Positions 27,061 to 40,476 of a DNA stretch of 64,000 nucleotides are shown one piece after another. Location of the stretch: NCBI RefSeq assembly GCF_018350175.1, contig NC_058368.1:61072001-61136000 (forward strand). Reading direction: 5' to 3'. The stretch is from Felis catus. Lineage: Eukaryota. Positions within the stretch are counted from its first letter, which is position 1; each line of letters opens with the position of its first letter. Both the position numbers and the translations under genes were made by a program. Under the pieces are notes generated by a model, which saw only the letters and a program-made list of their open reading frames with translations, searched no databases and was not told the DNA's origin.

Positions 27061-27429
27061 TCTTGGAAAAGGATATAATGTCCATGATGATGTAGATACT
27101 ATTTTTTATATTACCTTATTTCCCTGCATAAGACATCATCAGTGCTCATCTTAGGCTGATGACCAAGTCCTCTACTAAAATACAAGCATATCCAAGGCAC
27201 AATTTTTTGTTTGTTTTTGTTGTGTGAACCCTAAGCCCATAGTTGCGATGCACAGTGGATGCAACCAAATGCCAAAGGTTATTAAGGGCACTAACAAATA
27301 TAGATACCTTGAAAAGGGTTCGGGTCAAAATACATAAGGTAACCAGAAGCATGGCTCAGTCAGGGCCAGAACATGTAAGTCAGGTTTGAACAGAATATGG
27401 TGACTAGACACATAGGGGGAAAAAAAAAT

Positions 27430-27630
27430 CAGCATTTATTGAATAATCACCTTGGGCTAAACACTGTGGTAGAGGCTTAGAGAAAACTCTTACCCAAGCT
27501 TCAGAAGGGAAAGTACAACCAATTCTCATTCATGGATAAAGAGACGTGTCTCAAATTGATTATGTTACTTATTCAATGGTAGACATTTCCTTATGGATCC
27601 AAAGCTCATTTTCTTTTCACTGCACCTGGC
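27430..27630 (-). mobile_element. MIR, degraded
   Basis: AGCATTTATTGAATAATCAC start and TCCAAAGCTCATTTTCTTTTCACTGCACC end. Confidence 0.55.
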
Positions 27631-28829
27631 CACACTGCCAGATAGAACACATTCTGTTGGTATCATATGTCCATTAGGACTTAGTTTATTGATAACAAAG
27701 TAGAAGATAATGTAGTTTGACTTTCCTACTTAAGAAAGAGTTGTCTTAGTAATTATCACTGTCCATGCTATCAGTAGAACACCTCCATTTTTTTCTACTT
27801 GAAAGATTAAGACATATATGTACAATTTACTTAAACTATTTCCACTGGATGATGATTGTGATTTTAGATAAATGGATAGATATCCTAAACAGATCCATAG
27901 AAAAGGAAAATAGCCTCTTATCCATAATGGATATGTATACACACACTTACTATAATACAAACATAAAAGTGTGCAAGTATACAAACACATATCCGTGCAC
28001 ATCTGTCAAGGTGGAGAGACAGAGTGGAGGCAGAGACTTACCTTGCCTTCCACTGAAAGGAGACGTGTACCTATTTCTAATGTAGCCATAGTGTTTGCAT
28101 GTGAATACTTCAAACAGTCAGCCTTGAAGTGATTTTCTAAGTGCTGATCATGTAAGTTAATGCTGCTTGCACAAAGCTTCACCTTATGGTTTAAACTTAT
28201 TTTCAAGTTAAAAATCATCTGCCCAGTGATCTGGATATCAAAACCCAGCATATAAAATAAATAGCACCTTTAGTATTTGTGAGCGTAGCATCAGTTTTGA
28301 CCTTCTCCACTAGTGCCATAGGATCTGAATAGCTGTGCCATCAGTTCAGGATTGAAGAAAAGCAAGCTTCCAATCTGGTCAGGGCCAGCTATAATGCAAG
28401 GCAAGGGTGCTGTTAAGTCATGATTCCTTAGCAATGCTTCTTCTGTACATTTCTGTCCTGTCAGCATCAAGGTATCAATCAAGTTAGGGAAAGGAATCTC
28501 TCCTGTAGCTTCAACTTATAAAACTTATCTATCTGTAAATGAGACTCAATACATTGAAGTTTTCAAATGTATGTATTAATAAACACATCACAACGTTCCT
28601 CACAGTACACCCTGAGAGGTGTAATAGTAGGCTTTAACGGATGAACAAAAAAAGTTGAGCTGCTTATTGACTATAAAGAAAGATCATTGAGCATAAATCA
28701 GCTTCATTATTTAACTCATTTGAAGGGTAAGAATAATCCTTAAGAAAATCTCTGGGGCAGAATTCTAAGAAAAGGACCGACTAGGTGACCTAGTAGATAT
28801 TTTATCTCTAACTTCTTAGATTTTATGAC

Positions 28830-28932
28830 AAATGTATAATTAAAATTATGTATAATTACATAATATACAGTATAATTCAAATTATGTATAATTATAATTA
28901 CATGTGTATAATTACAGTTATGTATAATTACC
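28830..28932. repeat. Imperfect AT-rich tandem repeat of an ATGTATAATTA unit
   Basis: About five copies of TGTATAATTA are visible. Confidence 0.75.
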
Positions 28933-29661
28933 TAATTAAAATAACACTCATTTCTGAGACACACATCAATGCAACTATATCGAATACTACATTCTTTCAT
29001 TGGAAAAGGAAAATACATCTTAAATTTTTCAAGACTATTTTCTATGCATAATATTTGTTGAGTCAGTAATAGGAACTGAAAGTTTAGGAAACCTGGGGGG
29101 TGGGGGGGGCAGGTGGAGAGTTGTGATATGTCCAAAAATTAAGCAAATTTCATTTTTGTAATTACAATGGCATATTTTCCTTAATATATCCTAAGGTTAA
29201 ATATTTTCAGCATTCCATGGTTTATTTATAGAAAATAACAAAGACAAATGCTCATGATACATGCATTTTATTAAATTCATACAGAGTATTGTAACTTTCT
29301 GTTTCCCACTTCCTACATCTGACTTCTGCTTCCATAGACCTGATTGAAATCACTGTCATGTTTTATGGTTCAGGTCTATCCTGGAGATTTGAAAGAACAA
29401 GAAAAGAATGTTAATAAACACTGCCTTTCCTGATCTTGGGCACAGTGGATGCCCTCATTGCCTGTGCCTTGTTGCTTACACCTACATCACCTACACAACC
29501 CACCTTATTCTCATGTGTGAATCTTTAAAGTTCAGTGTATGACTGTGTAATCCTGGAAAATAAGAATGCTGAAGGCTGCCACCCTAATCTTGGGAATATT
29601 GTTATACTTCAAAAATGTGTTCCAGTGCACAAGAAAAATATGTATGATTGTAGTTGAATGG

Positions 29662-29864
29662 TTTTTTTTTTATTTTTTTAAGTTTTTATTTCAAGAGAGA
29701 GAGAAAGCATGAGCAGGGGAGGGGCAGAGGGAGAGAATCCCAAGCAGGCTCTGTGCTGTCAGTATGGAGCTCGACGTGGGGCTTCAACCCATGAACCATT
29801 AAATCATTACCTGAACTGAAATCAGGAGTTGGATGCTAAACCAGCCTAGCCACCCAGGCACCCC
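29662..29864 (-). mobile_element. Can-SINE
   Basis: GAATCCCAAGCAGGCTCTGTGCTGTCAG...CACCCAGGCACCCC; TSD TGTAGTTGAAT at 29649 and 29865. Confidence 0.95.
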
Positions 29865-29936
29865 TGTAGTTGAATTGTTTTCAATACACCCAAATGGAAA
29901 ACAGTTTCAAATGTCCATGTAGAATGGAATACATAA

Positions 29937-30111
29937 TTTTTTTTAAGTTATTTATTTTGAGAGAGTGAGCAAGCAGGGACGGGCAGAAAGAGGGAGAGAG
30001 AGAATATCAAGCAGGTTCTCCATGCAGGCTAAAACTCACAAACCATGAGGTCATGACCAGAGCCAAAATTGAGAGTCAAATGTTTAACTGACAGAGCCAC
30101 CCAAGCAGCCC
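29937..30111 (-). mobile_element. Can-SINE with internal deletion
   Basis: SINE body is visible; degenerate TSD TAGAATGGAATACATAA / TAGAGTGGAGTATATAA. Confidence 0.9.
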
Positions 30112-30509
30112 TAGAGTGGAGTATATAAATAAATGATTTGTAAATGGAATGCTAATAAGTGTAGTTAATTAATTACAATTACAACATGGTGTAATTGTAA
30201 AATGAATTTTGAGTGGAAGAAGTCAAAGATGGAATATATGTTCTAAGACTCCAGTTTTGTAATGTTCAAAGAGGCAAACATATTTAGGGTGTAATCTCAG
30301 GAGTTGTTACCTTTGGGGACAAAGGCAGAATAATTGGGTGATGTCATGGGATGAATTGGCTTTTGGGGTGCTGGTTATTAGACTTATTTTTACCACAGGT
30401 GGTTTCAGCAGTATGTTTACTTTGTGATAATTCTCTGAGCAGTAGAATATGATATATGAGTTTTTTAAGAAGTGGTTTATACTTAAATAAAAAGTTCAAA
30501 CTGCAGTAT

Positions 30510-30537
30510 ATACATACATACATACATACATACATAC
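30510..30537. repeat. (TACA)n microsatellite
   Basis: Direct reading of the sequence. Confidence 0.9.
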
Positions 30538-31249
30538 CACAGGATAAAAAGAATCCATATTAAATTTCTAATATTCGACTGGTCATATCCAGAAAAGTCA
30601 AATTCTTATTTTGTTGTTAGAAAGAAAAAAAACAAAAAACATAATTTAAGATAACTTTGTTTTTTTAAAAAATGGTGAAGCATATTTTTTATGATTTTTT
30701 TGTGCTTTATACCTCTCAATATGGGATGCTGTGTTACAGTTAAAATATTGAAGTATGTCTTTTACTACCAGTGTCAGTGTGAGAAAATTAAAAGAAAAAA
30801 AAATATCTGGGTAATTTCCTATAAGGAAAAGAATGATGACATAAAGTATAACTTGTATCTTAACATTCATAAATACTCCTGCTTTCCTGTTTTTTTTCTC
30901 TTTTACCACATGGTTTCATTGAAAGATCCATTTTCTTATTTATTAAAGGGATTCCACTTTTTAAATACTACTACCATGGTGGAATTTAACTGGGACTAGT
31001 TCTCAAGTTTAATATGAAGGTGGGGATACAAAGTGTTTAATATACTTTCTGCTTGAGCAGTAGGATTCAATGGCAGAGAGTTACTTAAAACCCAGCAGTA
31101 GTTCCATCACTTTTTGGTAAACTATTTCTACCACACTCTTTCTGTGGTGATTATTTTTATGTCTTTTTGATTTTTCTCAACATATTGCCTATCTTCTCAC
31201 TGTGAACTGATCACTCGTAGCATGCAGGCTCTCATATTGGAAATACATC

Positions 31250-32290
31250 ATGTTTCCATGTCCCTATCTAAAATTCTACCTGAATTTGGGTAACTGTCTT
31301 TTCTCTCGTTGAAAAAAAGGAAAGGGTTCTCATCACTGAGAAGCCAACATTTCCACACATTTTACATATAATTCCATTGATTTTTTTTTCACAGACCTCA
31401 CTCTTTTGGTTAGCCTTCTCTTTGGCTGTATCTTCACCTTCTGTCTACTGTATTCCTACCCATCATGTTCAACACGCCTTAGGATCATCTCTCTGTAGAA
31501 ACAGACAAAAATCTTTCTCTGACCCATATTTCTCTTTCATCCTGTGTTCACATGTTTTTCTTTTTACTCTACAGTAGTCTCTCAAAATCTGTGTTACAGT
31601 TCATTGCAATATGGCTTCACCCTCAAAATCTTCACTCAAAGATAGTTTGCTAAGTCCATAATGATTTCCATGTCAGAACCAAAGACATTTTATAATCCAC
31701 ATCTTATTAGAGATTTATATTCTAGGTCATGTGAGACCTAGACCCTGTCATATTCAAGGTCATATTCTAGGTCCCTGTTTTTTCTTGGCTTCCATAGCAC
31801 CAAGGCCATGTAATTTATGGAACGCAGGAAAAAGTTAAAATGTGGAGTGCATTGTTCATAAATTATTAAAAATTTCTAAATGGTGGCAAAGCATTATGCC
31901 AAATATGAGGCCCTGTGTGATCGCCGGTCACCTGTCAATGGAACCAACCTTAGGTGGCATTAAATCCTGAGTTTTCTCATTTCTCTGGATACGTATCTAA
32001 CTTCCGAGTAAGCCTTTCTCTGGTGATTTTTAAATTGTAGTAACCTATTTCTTGTGTTTCATATTCCAGTTATATGCTAATAATTGCAAAGTTTATAATA
32101 CTTATCTGGATTTTACTTTAGGCCCACATATTTTACACTCTACTTGATATATCTTATATTTTCTCACTAAATAATTTTTTAAAATAAGAAACAATACAAT
32201 CTAATCTTCGGTCATTCTATTATTAAGTAAAACTCTATTCAGTCAGTTGCCCCAGGCAGAAGTTTATGCATGAATCTTAATATCTCCTTT
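31250..32290 (+). mobile_element. LINE-2 fragment
   Basis: CATTGCAATATGGCTTCACCC, TTCTTGGCTTCCATAGCAC and CAGTTGCCCCAGGCAGAA motifs. Confidence 0.65.
31801..31951 (-). mobile_element. MER91A-like non-autonomous hAT DNA transposon, inserted in L2
   Basis: ATGTAATTTATGG...TTGTTCATAAATTATTAAAAATTTC...GGCCCTGTGTGA matches the reverse complement of the recalled MER91A consensus. Confidence 0.75.
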
Positions 32291-33586
32291 TAAGTTTGAA
32301 TTCAAAGAAGGTATAAAGTAATAAAAGTGACCTATGATCATCTCTGTCCTCACTCTAGAGTCACAAATATTCAAACAATTTCATGAATTCTTTAAAAATA
32401 TAATAGATGGAAAGAATGCATTTGAGGCAAATTTAAGATGAAACACATTCTGAAGATGTTTCTTTTGATAAAATGAACAGCTCAGCTACATATAAATCTA
32501 ACACATGAAACAATATCCAAATTACTGGACATTCAGTCCTTTTCCAGAAACCTCCAAAAATAACATGTATTTCCTGTGTATGTGGTTATTTAGATATCTT
32601 CTCTTCTCTTGGATTTGGAAGGACATGACTTCTACTTGGAAGGACACTTAATATTGCAGATGATTTTTCTTAGGACTATTTCAGCCTCTAAAATATTCTT
32701 TACATCTTAGCTTAACATCATTTTTTTGCCATGATCTCAGTGCTTATTGGGTTCACTTATGATAGATTGGCAGATGTCTTAATATGTGCACACATATATT
32801 CTACTCGATACAGTAATTTTCTATTTTATTTGGTTATTTCACAACCACAGTAACTATATCAAGCAATATTTTCACCTCTTTTCTAATCTTGAGATGTAGT
32901 CAATGCACTTTTGCTTAAGGGTGTAGGAGGAACATTCACAGTTGAGAGCTACCCCTAGTTTTCTCTTAATAGCCTTAAGGATGTACTTCCAGCATCAAAC
33001 CTGTCAAGTCTCTAGATCTGGTGTATAGGGTAATTCTGGATGTTTTCTTTTCTCTTTTACCTCCATCCTGGTACAGCTGTCTGTACCATTAACTGTGCAC
33101 CATCTTCTTAACTAATGTTCTACTTTTACAATGTTCCACATAACTGCCATTCTTCGTAGACATTCTCTATAAGTAGAGCATTGTTTTGAATATATAAATT
33201 TGGTCATGTTTATAAATAGTTTGTGATTGACTTTGGAAAATCTTTATAAATCTTTATAAATAGTTTGTGATTGACTTTGGAAAAAAAATGCACTCCTCAG
33301 CTCACATCTCATTTTGACAGAGTCCTGATCTAAATTACCACACCATCCATTTGTTCCCTGTCACAGTATTGCTTTTGTCTCAGATTACTGTATGTAGCAG
33401 TACGGTATAAATGTAAACAGCAATTTTACTTACATGCGTAACTTTTTTCCCATTTTATCCTGTCTTGAAATATCTGACATATAGTCGATCCTCGGTAAAC
33501 TTCAGAATGAGTAGATTAATGAACAAAGCACATAAGAAAACTTAGTTTTAATAAGTTTTCAAATAGAAGAAAAGCACATTTTTTTC

Positions 33587-34195
33587 TGTGATGGACACAT
33601 CCTAAAGTAACTTAAAATGAGTCACACGTTGTATGATGTCCTCCTCTTGATTGCAGATGGGGTCTGTGACTTGCTTCTAACCAATAAAATATGACAAAAG
33701 TGATCTTGGAACGTCACTACCTTTATTAGGTTACATTACATGACAAAGACAATAGGATGGAACGCCCAACATCATGATTCATTGTATTAGGCTCTTTCTT
33801 AAAAGAATGGAGAAAAACACTCTTCATCTGTGGTTAAAGAAGCAAGTCAATAGCTATGTTGTGAACAGCCAGTGGAGAGGATCAATTGACAAGTAACTGC
33901 TCTAGGACTATAGGACCTTGTAGGTGACCTATATTCAACAGACAGAAGCTGGACTCTGAATCATACAGCCAAAGATAATGAATTCTGCCAACAGCTAGAA
34001 TGAGTTTTGAAGTGGGTTCTACCCCAGAGCTTCTCAAGAACCCAGCCCAATCAACACCTTGATTGCAACCTTGAAATACTGTCAGCAGAGGACCCACCTT
34101 AGATCTGTACTGATTCCTAACCATGGAAATTATGAGACAATTAATGTGCCTTAAGTCACTAAACTTGTTTGTTACACAGCAGTGGAAATGCAACC
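33587..34195 (+). mobile_element. MaLR solo LTR, MLT1E/F-like
   Basis: CTGTGACTTGCTTCTAACCAATA, AATGAATTCTGCCAACA, ACACCTTGATTGCAACCTTG and TTTGTTACACAGCAGT motifs. Confidence 0.88.
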
Positions 34196-34255
34196 TATTT
34201 ATGTATAAGAACAAATTGTTTTCTCATTTAGTAGAAATTGCTAATACTTATTGTC

Positions 34256-34480
34256 TGTGCTGGCTAATTTTATGTGTCACTTCACTCGTCCATTGAGTAC
34301 CCAGATATTTCATGATACATTATTCTAAGTATTTCTATATGGGTGTTTTGGGGGTGAGATAAACACTTAAATTGGGAAAACAAATAAAGCAGATTGTTCT
34401 CTGTAATGTGGATGGGCCTCTTCCAATCAATTGAAGATCTGGTAAAAATAAAAAGCCCACCCTTCCTATGAGTGAGAAGG
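34256..34480 (+). mobile_element. MLT2 (ERVL) 5' LTR, 5' half only
   Basis: TGTGCTGGCTAATTTTATGTGTCA...CCCAGATATTT...TAAAGCAGATTG...GGGCCTCTTCCAATCAATTGAAG is the MLT2B/D 5' portion. Confidence 0.9.
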
Positions 34481-36480
34481 CTTCTTGAATTGACTCTCTA
34501 ATCTGAATAGATTTAAAGATGCTAACAATTCTGTTTCTAGTAGAAAAGAGAGAACTGATTGTCTATGGTTGTGATCTGGCATAGAGTTAGGTGAAATGTC
34601 ACCATTGGTTACTTTTAATTACTTATAAAAAGCAAGGGGCTAGGTAACTGTATATGACAGTTATTTTTACAAACTCACAAATGTAATAAGATGGTCTGAT
34701 ATTTACTAATCCCACTGAACAAAGTGGTAAAGGAAAAAGATGAGTTCAGGGATTCAAATTCCTAGTCCAAGTGCTATATTAAAGACCTGAAACCTACATG
34801 TGTGCCCTGAAGGGCAGACTCTTATCTCCTGTAACAGCAGGGCTGAGATTACTGGCCATCAAACTCATAATCTCATCCTGCATCAGGCTGATAGACAATG
34901 CAAGTTGAACTCCCAGCTTCTCAGGGTGTCTACTGATACCTTGATTGGTAAGAAATGGATCTTGAAAACTGGAATATGTACATGTGGTAGGATCTTGATG
35001 AAACCTAGGACACTGAGCACCTATATCTGATGAATAGTCTTTGACCCTGGAAGCAGCTTTCCTACCCTGCATTGACTAAGGAGCCTATAGTGGCACCAGT
35101 TAAGGCAGTTGTCATGCAAGACAGTGGATTCCTCCTGGACCCCACCCCATCACCTCTCTTTGCTTTCTAGACTCATTCTCTAGCTGACTTCTAAAGGTGA
35201 GGTAGTAAGCATGATTCATGAGGAAATTCATGTAGATTGCCTACAATTAGTGAGTTGGAAATGCCAAACCTGCCTTGGTTTAATGTAGAAGGAAAATTAA
35301 TAAGGTTATGGAGATTAAAATTTTAGTGTGGATTTATAATTAAGATTTGTTTATCCAGACTTGGAATCTCAAAGACTTACCTTTCACCAAACTGTGAGAA
35401 GTAAATTTGTGAGGGGAGCCCTGTCATCTTTGAAGAACTTATCAAATCTCTCTTCTTTGTAGTCTAGCTCTTACAGTGGGACTAGAGTGATTGAATCAGG
35501 AAAATGAAATGCATTGGAATTGCATCTCAGGGTAGCAGGGGCCAAATGGCAACATTCAATCATCAAAGGCAAGGTGAGCATAGTTACTCTAGTGGATGGC
35601 AGAGTCGAAGAATAGACTAGTCTGACTCACACAGGTCTAATAACTAGCTGATCATGGTGTCCCTAGAAGAGAAATAGAAGCCTATTAAATTCTTACTTGA
35701 TCTGTATAAGCAGAAAAGTTCTAGGTTGAGTGTACAAATGTCTAACCCCGAATCATATAATCAGTCATGATTTCTCAATCATTTCCCGTACTTGGGCCAG
35801 TTTACAGACCCAGGACCCCTTGAGGAAGGCCCCCAATAACTTGCCAAAATTTTATACTTACTCCTGGCCTTCCTCAAAAGGATCTATGACATTTCATCAG
35901 AGTAACTGTGCATTAGAGAAAGGAAACAGTCACAACTTTTGAAGACTATTGGACACTGCCCCCAAACTAATAGTAATTCTAGGAAATCATTTTATCACTA
36001 TAGTACAGCCAGAGGTGAGGCTCTGGAGATCAGGTGTGTCTCACAGTGGACCTAATGAGTCCCTGACCCATCTTGTTATTTCTCCAATTCTGGAATGCAT
36101 ATTTGGCATAGACATAGTCAGTAGTTGGCAGAATCTCCACATAGGTCCCCTAATCTGTAGAGTGAGGACTATTTATCATAGGAAAGGCCAAGTGGAAGCC
36201 ACTAGCACTGAATCTACCTAGGGTAATAGTAAATTAGAGGCAATATCACAGTCCTGGACAGATTGCCAATATTTGTACTACTGTCTTGACTTTGAAGGAT
36301 GTAGAGATGGTGATTCCCACTGCATCCCCATTCAGTTAACCTATCTGTCCTGTGTAGAAGGCAGATGGATCTTGTAGAATTACAGTAGATTATCATAGGC
36401 TCCACCAGATGGTGACTCCAGTTGTAGCTACCATGACCATGTGGTTTCATTGAACAAATGAACTCATCTGGTATCCTGAC
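34481..36480 (+). mobile_element. ERVL internal remnant: gag, protease and N-terminal RT, truncated
   Basis: Track ORF 35949-36221 (DTAPKLIVILG...VISPILECIFGIDIVSSWQNLHIGPL) matches ERVL protease (DTGSELTLIPG...VISPVPECIIGIDILSSWQNPHIGSL). RT N-terminal motifs lie at 36290-36430. Confidence 0.92.
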
Positions 36481-38677
36481 CGTAGACATAAATAATAAAA
36501 GTGGCTGTAGCTCGGTGGGCACAACTGTGCACACTATGCCACCATTTTACTTAGATTTGGTGGTAGCATACTATGGTAAATGCTTTCTTTTTGTGACTGA
36601 ACTAGGGCAAAGAGGAACCATTCTCTTAATCCTTCTTCAGTATTTTGAAGAGTTTTTAAGTATTCCTTTGTGCTCATGGTAGAATTACTTCCACCTTGCA
36701 AAAGTATATGGATGTATATCACAACCTTTTGACTTGAGGTAAGAGAGTCTTTGCAGAAGATTTAAATATAACTGCATGTATATGGCCTTTGAATATATTT
36801 CATATACATTATAGCTACAAATGCTGCACTATCTATAGTATTCAATTTTGCTGATTTTGCCCTTAGACCCAGAATATGTCCTGACTTTACTGTTTATGCA
36901 ATGTTCTATTTAAAGAAATACTTCACTCTGAGATTTTTTAATCATCTTTTTTTATCACCACTTCCATAAAATGACTGATTAAAATTAGTCATTACTATAA
37001 GTAGCATTAGTGTCTGCAATACTCCAGTGTACTTCAAAATAAAAGTTGAGAATAATTACTCAGATTGCTGGTTTCCTATTGATTATTCATAAAATATGGA
37101 AGAACAATAATAGCCAAAAGTTTTTTGTAGTGTTTCAATCCATGTATGCATACCTAAAAATGGCTCCTCCAATGTGTGATAGTGACATATGTTCCTGCAC
37201 TTGAATGGAATAAATTCATTTATTAATGAACATTTTTTGGTTTAATATATTTAAATTGATTTGTCTTAAACAATAATCCATTTGCATGCTTTTACTAGCC
37301 TTGCACAATCAATAAGCAAATAACAATAGAAAATTGCAGGTATGTTGAAGAGGATATTTATTCATTTGCTTGAATATTATCATAATCTTGCTATATGAAT
37401 TTTATTTCAATTTTATTTTTTTTCCACTGTTTCATTACTTATGTAATTCCGGTTCCTATCACACCACATTTATTTCAAATAAATGCTATTCTGCAAATCA
37501 CCTACCAACTTTGGATAATATCCAACTTTTTATGGTCTAATTTCAGTATTTTTTAGAAAATAACACTTGGAAAATTAAATGATGAACAGTTGATTTTAAG
37601 TGGTACATACAGCATTGTATATTGAAAATAAATTTTCTGACAGTGAAAATTATTTTGATTACAATTAATACACAAGAATCAATTCCATTCTGGAATGATC
37701 CAAAAATGATATGTAATATGCCAGAGGAATTAAATGTCTTATCTTCCTGCTTCAAAAGTATGACTCTATAAACATTTGGAAAGATGCATTATGCTCTTTG
37801 GCAAACAAAATAAGTGTCCTTGAAATCATATATCCTTCACTGTAATTGAACTTACTTGACATGTTGCTAACATATCAGATAATTAAATGGAAACATAAGT
37901 ACCAAATGTTTAAAGCAACTTTGTGAAATAGCTTATGTATAAAACACCAAGTTCATGAAGTAGAAAATAAACAGGTACTTCAAGGAGAAGAAGGAGAATT
38001 ACATGAAACATAAGGTGCTATCTGCCAAGTAATCTGCATTTTGTAGTCAGTTGTCAAATATGATTAATTTTGAGTTCAGGGGACAGCCAGTACACAGTGG
38101 CCTTTGTTAGATCCAGAAATTTCCTATGCCCTTCAGTAATAGCTAGGATGAACCTGCTTAGCTATTTGATTTCTCCTGCATTGCATATAGATTAGAAACC
38201 TCATACATAGAGACACAATGAGTTTAGTTATATTTCCTATGGGAAAGAAAAAAAAAGACATGAGTAGGGATTTAGAAACAGCCATTCACATCTCCAATGA
38301 TTCAGAATTATTTTCTAAGAGAATTCCAAATTGATTTAATAGTTTGAAAAAATATGTACCATGAAGCACTTTTTCTGCACAAAGAGTGGAGTAAAGGAAG
38401 CTGCAGGGAGACAGCATACAAGTGCTAAAATAATTGGAAAACTCATGTTGGAGGAAAATCACAGTCACTAATGTATAAAGCATGCCCTTAATAGAAATAC
38501 TATTTTTTTTGTTAGTTTCATTGTAGATCAGTGTGATTCCTGGGTATGCTCTACAATTTCAGGCACAGTTCATGAGCTTCTACTTTAACATTCTATGGTA
38601 TTTGAAAAATATCATTCTTTTGCTTAAATATCTATGAAACACTTCTGGCCAATCTGAGTATGTGTTCATATTCCATT

Positions 38678-38877
38678 AAAAATTTTTTTTTAATCTTTAT
38701 TTATTGAGAGAGTGAGTATGTGAGCAGGGGAGGAGCAGGGAGAGAGGGAGACACAGAATCTGAAGCAGGCTCTAGGCCCCGAGCTGTCAGCACAGAGCCC
38801 GACGCGGGGCACGAACTCATGAACCTTGAGATCATGACCTGAGCCAAAGTCAGACACTCAACCAACCCAGGTGCCCC
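38678..38877 (-). mobile_element. Can-SINE (felid type)
   Basis: SINE body; TSD CATATTCCATT at 38667 and 38878. Confidence 0.95.
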
Positions 38878-38969
38878 CATATTCCATTTTTGATTGGAAA
38901 AGGATAGAGATGGTGTTTCTACACATAGATGCATAGATGATGTTGACGAACACATGTTGCTGATGAACA

Positions 38970-39190
38970 CATGGACTTAGTAGACCACCTGTCCCATATA
39001 CTACCTGTGTGATCTGGGACAAATTACTGAACTATTTGAATGCCTCCTGAAAAACAAAAACAAAGTATAAGATGGACAGTATCTAAATCATAGGTTGGTT
39101 TAGAGGCATAAAGATAGACTATGTACAGTGGCCGGCACAGTTCTGGGGAAGTGTTATCTATTCCAATTGTAATACTGTTATTGTTATTTT
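38970..39190 (+). mobile_element. MIR
   Basis: CTACCTGTGTGATCTGGGACAAATTACTGAAC core. Confidence 0.65.
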
Positions 39191-39792
39191 AGTCTCTTCA
39201 TTCTATTTAGAAAATTCCAAGAGTACATTTCCTTAGATGTTCAATACCTTTTTTTTCTCCTTGTAATAAAAAGTCCTGAAGAGGGTTCAGAAACAAGATC
39301 AGAAAGTGTGTTTTGTTGCTGCATGCATAGGCAGGTAGAAGCAGCGAATTGCTTACCTGCAGACCTATTACTGATAACTCAGCACACACTGTGCATTGTG
39401 AGCATGTGCAAATGCCAGAGGGAGGTGCACCAGGTCTCTCTCCACTCTTCCCTACAGTGGTGCAGTCCTGGTAGTCCTTCCCTGTCAGGATGGTTTCAGT
39501 TGGAGTCATCACTTGGGAAGGCCTAGTAGGATACTAAATACAGATCGAAAGTGAGCTTGGTGGCATATTTGTTCCCCTCACTCTCAACCTTCAAGGTCAC
39601 CTTTAAGTGGCTTGATCCCTCAAGCAAAGGTCACTACTTGTTTTTTGTTTTTTGTTTTTCGTTTTGTGGGGGTGCTGATGGTATGAACTCAGCATCTATG
39701 GATTCTGGTAATTTTTCTCTTCCCTTGTCCTTCAGACTCAGGTTGCCTCCTTAACTTGTTAAGTTCCCCTGCATATACTGTATATAGAATTC

Positions 39793-40476
39793 TCTATCAG
39801 TTTCTTACTGCTGCTGTAACATTACCACAAACTTAGTTGTTTAAATAATACACATGTATTATTTTTTATCATTATTATTTATTATTTTACAGTCCAGGTG
39901 TCATTGGGGCTGCTTTCCTTTGGGATATTCTAATTTTTTTTCCAATGTTTATTTATTTTTGGGACAGAGAGAGACAGAGCATGAACGGGGGAGGGGCAGA
40001 GAGAGAGGGAGACACAGAATCGGCAACAGGCTCCAGGCTCTGAGCCATCAGCCCAGAGCCTGACGCGGGGCTCGAACTCACGGACCGCGAGATCGTGACC
40101 TGGCTGAAGTCGGACGCTTAACCGACTGCACCACCCAGGCACCCCGGCCTTTGGGATATTCTAGAAGAGATTCTTTACCTTTTCCAGCTTTTAGAGGTTA
40201 CTGTCATTCCTTGGCCCATGGCCCTGTATTACCCTGACATTTACTTCTGTCATCATGTCTCCTTCTCTCTCTCACCTCACTCTTTTTATTACAAAGACCT
40301 GTGTGATTACATTTAAACTATCTAGATGATCCAGAATCATTTTCCCATCTCCTTAGCCTTGACTTAATCACATCTACAGAATCCCCTTTGCTATGTAAGG
40401 TAGCATGTCCACTGGTTCTGGGGATTAGGACAGGGACATTTTATTTTTTGAGGGGGGAGTTATTCTACCTACCACA
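39793..40476 (-). mobile_element. MaLR solo LTR, MLT1C/D-like, interrupted by a SINE
   Basis: GCTGCTGTAACATTACCACAAACTTAG left end and TATTCTACCTACCACA right end; 5-bp flanks AATTC/AGTTC. Confidence 0.88.
39933..40145 (-). mobile_element. Young felid SINE (SINEC_Fc-like)
   Basis: Near-consensus, CpG-rich body; perfect 16-bp TSD CCTTTGGGATATTCTA at 39917-39932 and 40148-40163. Confidence 0.97.

Larger units (their letters stand above)
29600..30500 (+). mobile_element. Old L1 (L1ME-like) 3' end, interrupted by two SINEs
   Basis: CAAATGTCCAT, GAGTGGAAGAAGTCAAA and GTTTACTTTGTGATAATTCTCTGAGC motifs, ending TATACTTAAATAAAAAGTT. Confidence 0.7.
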
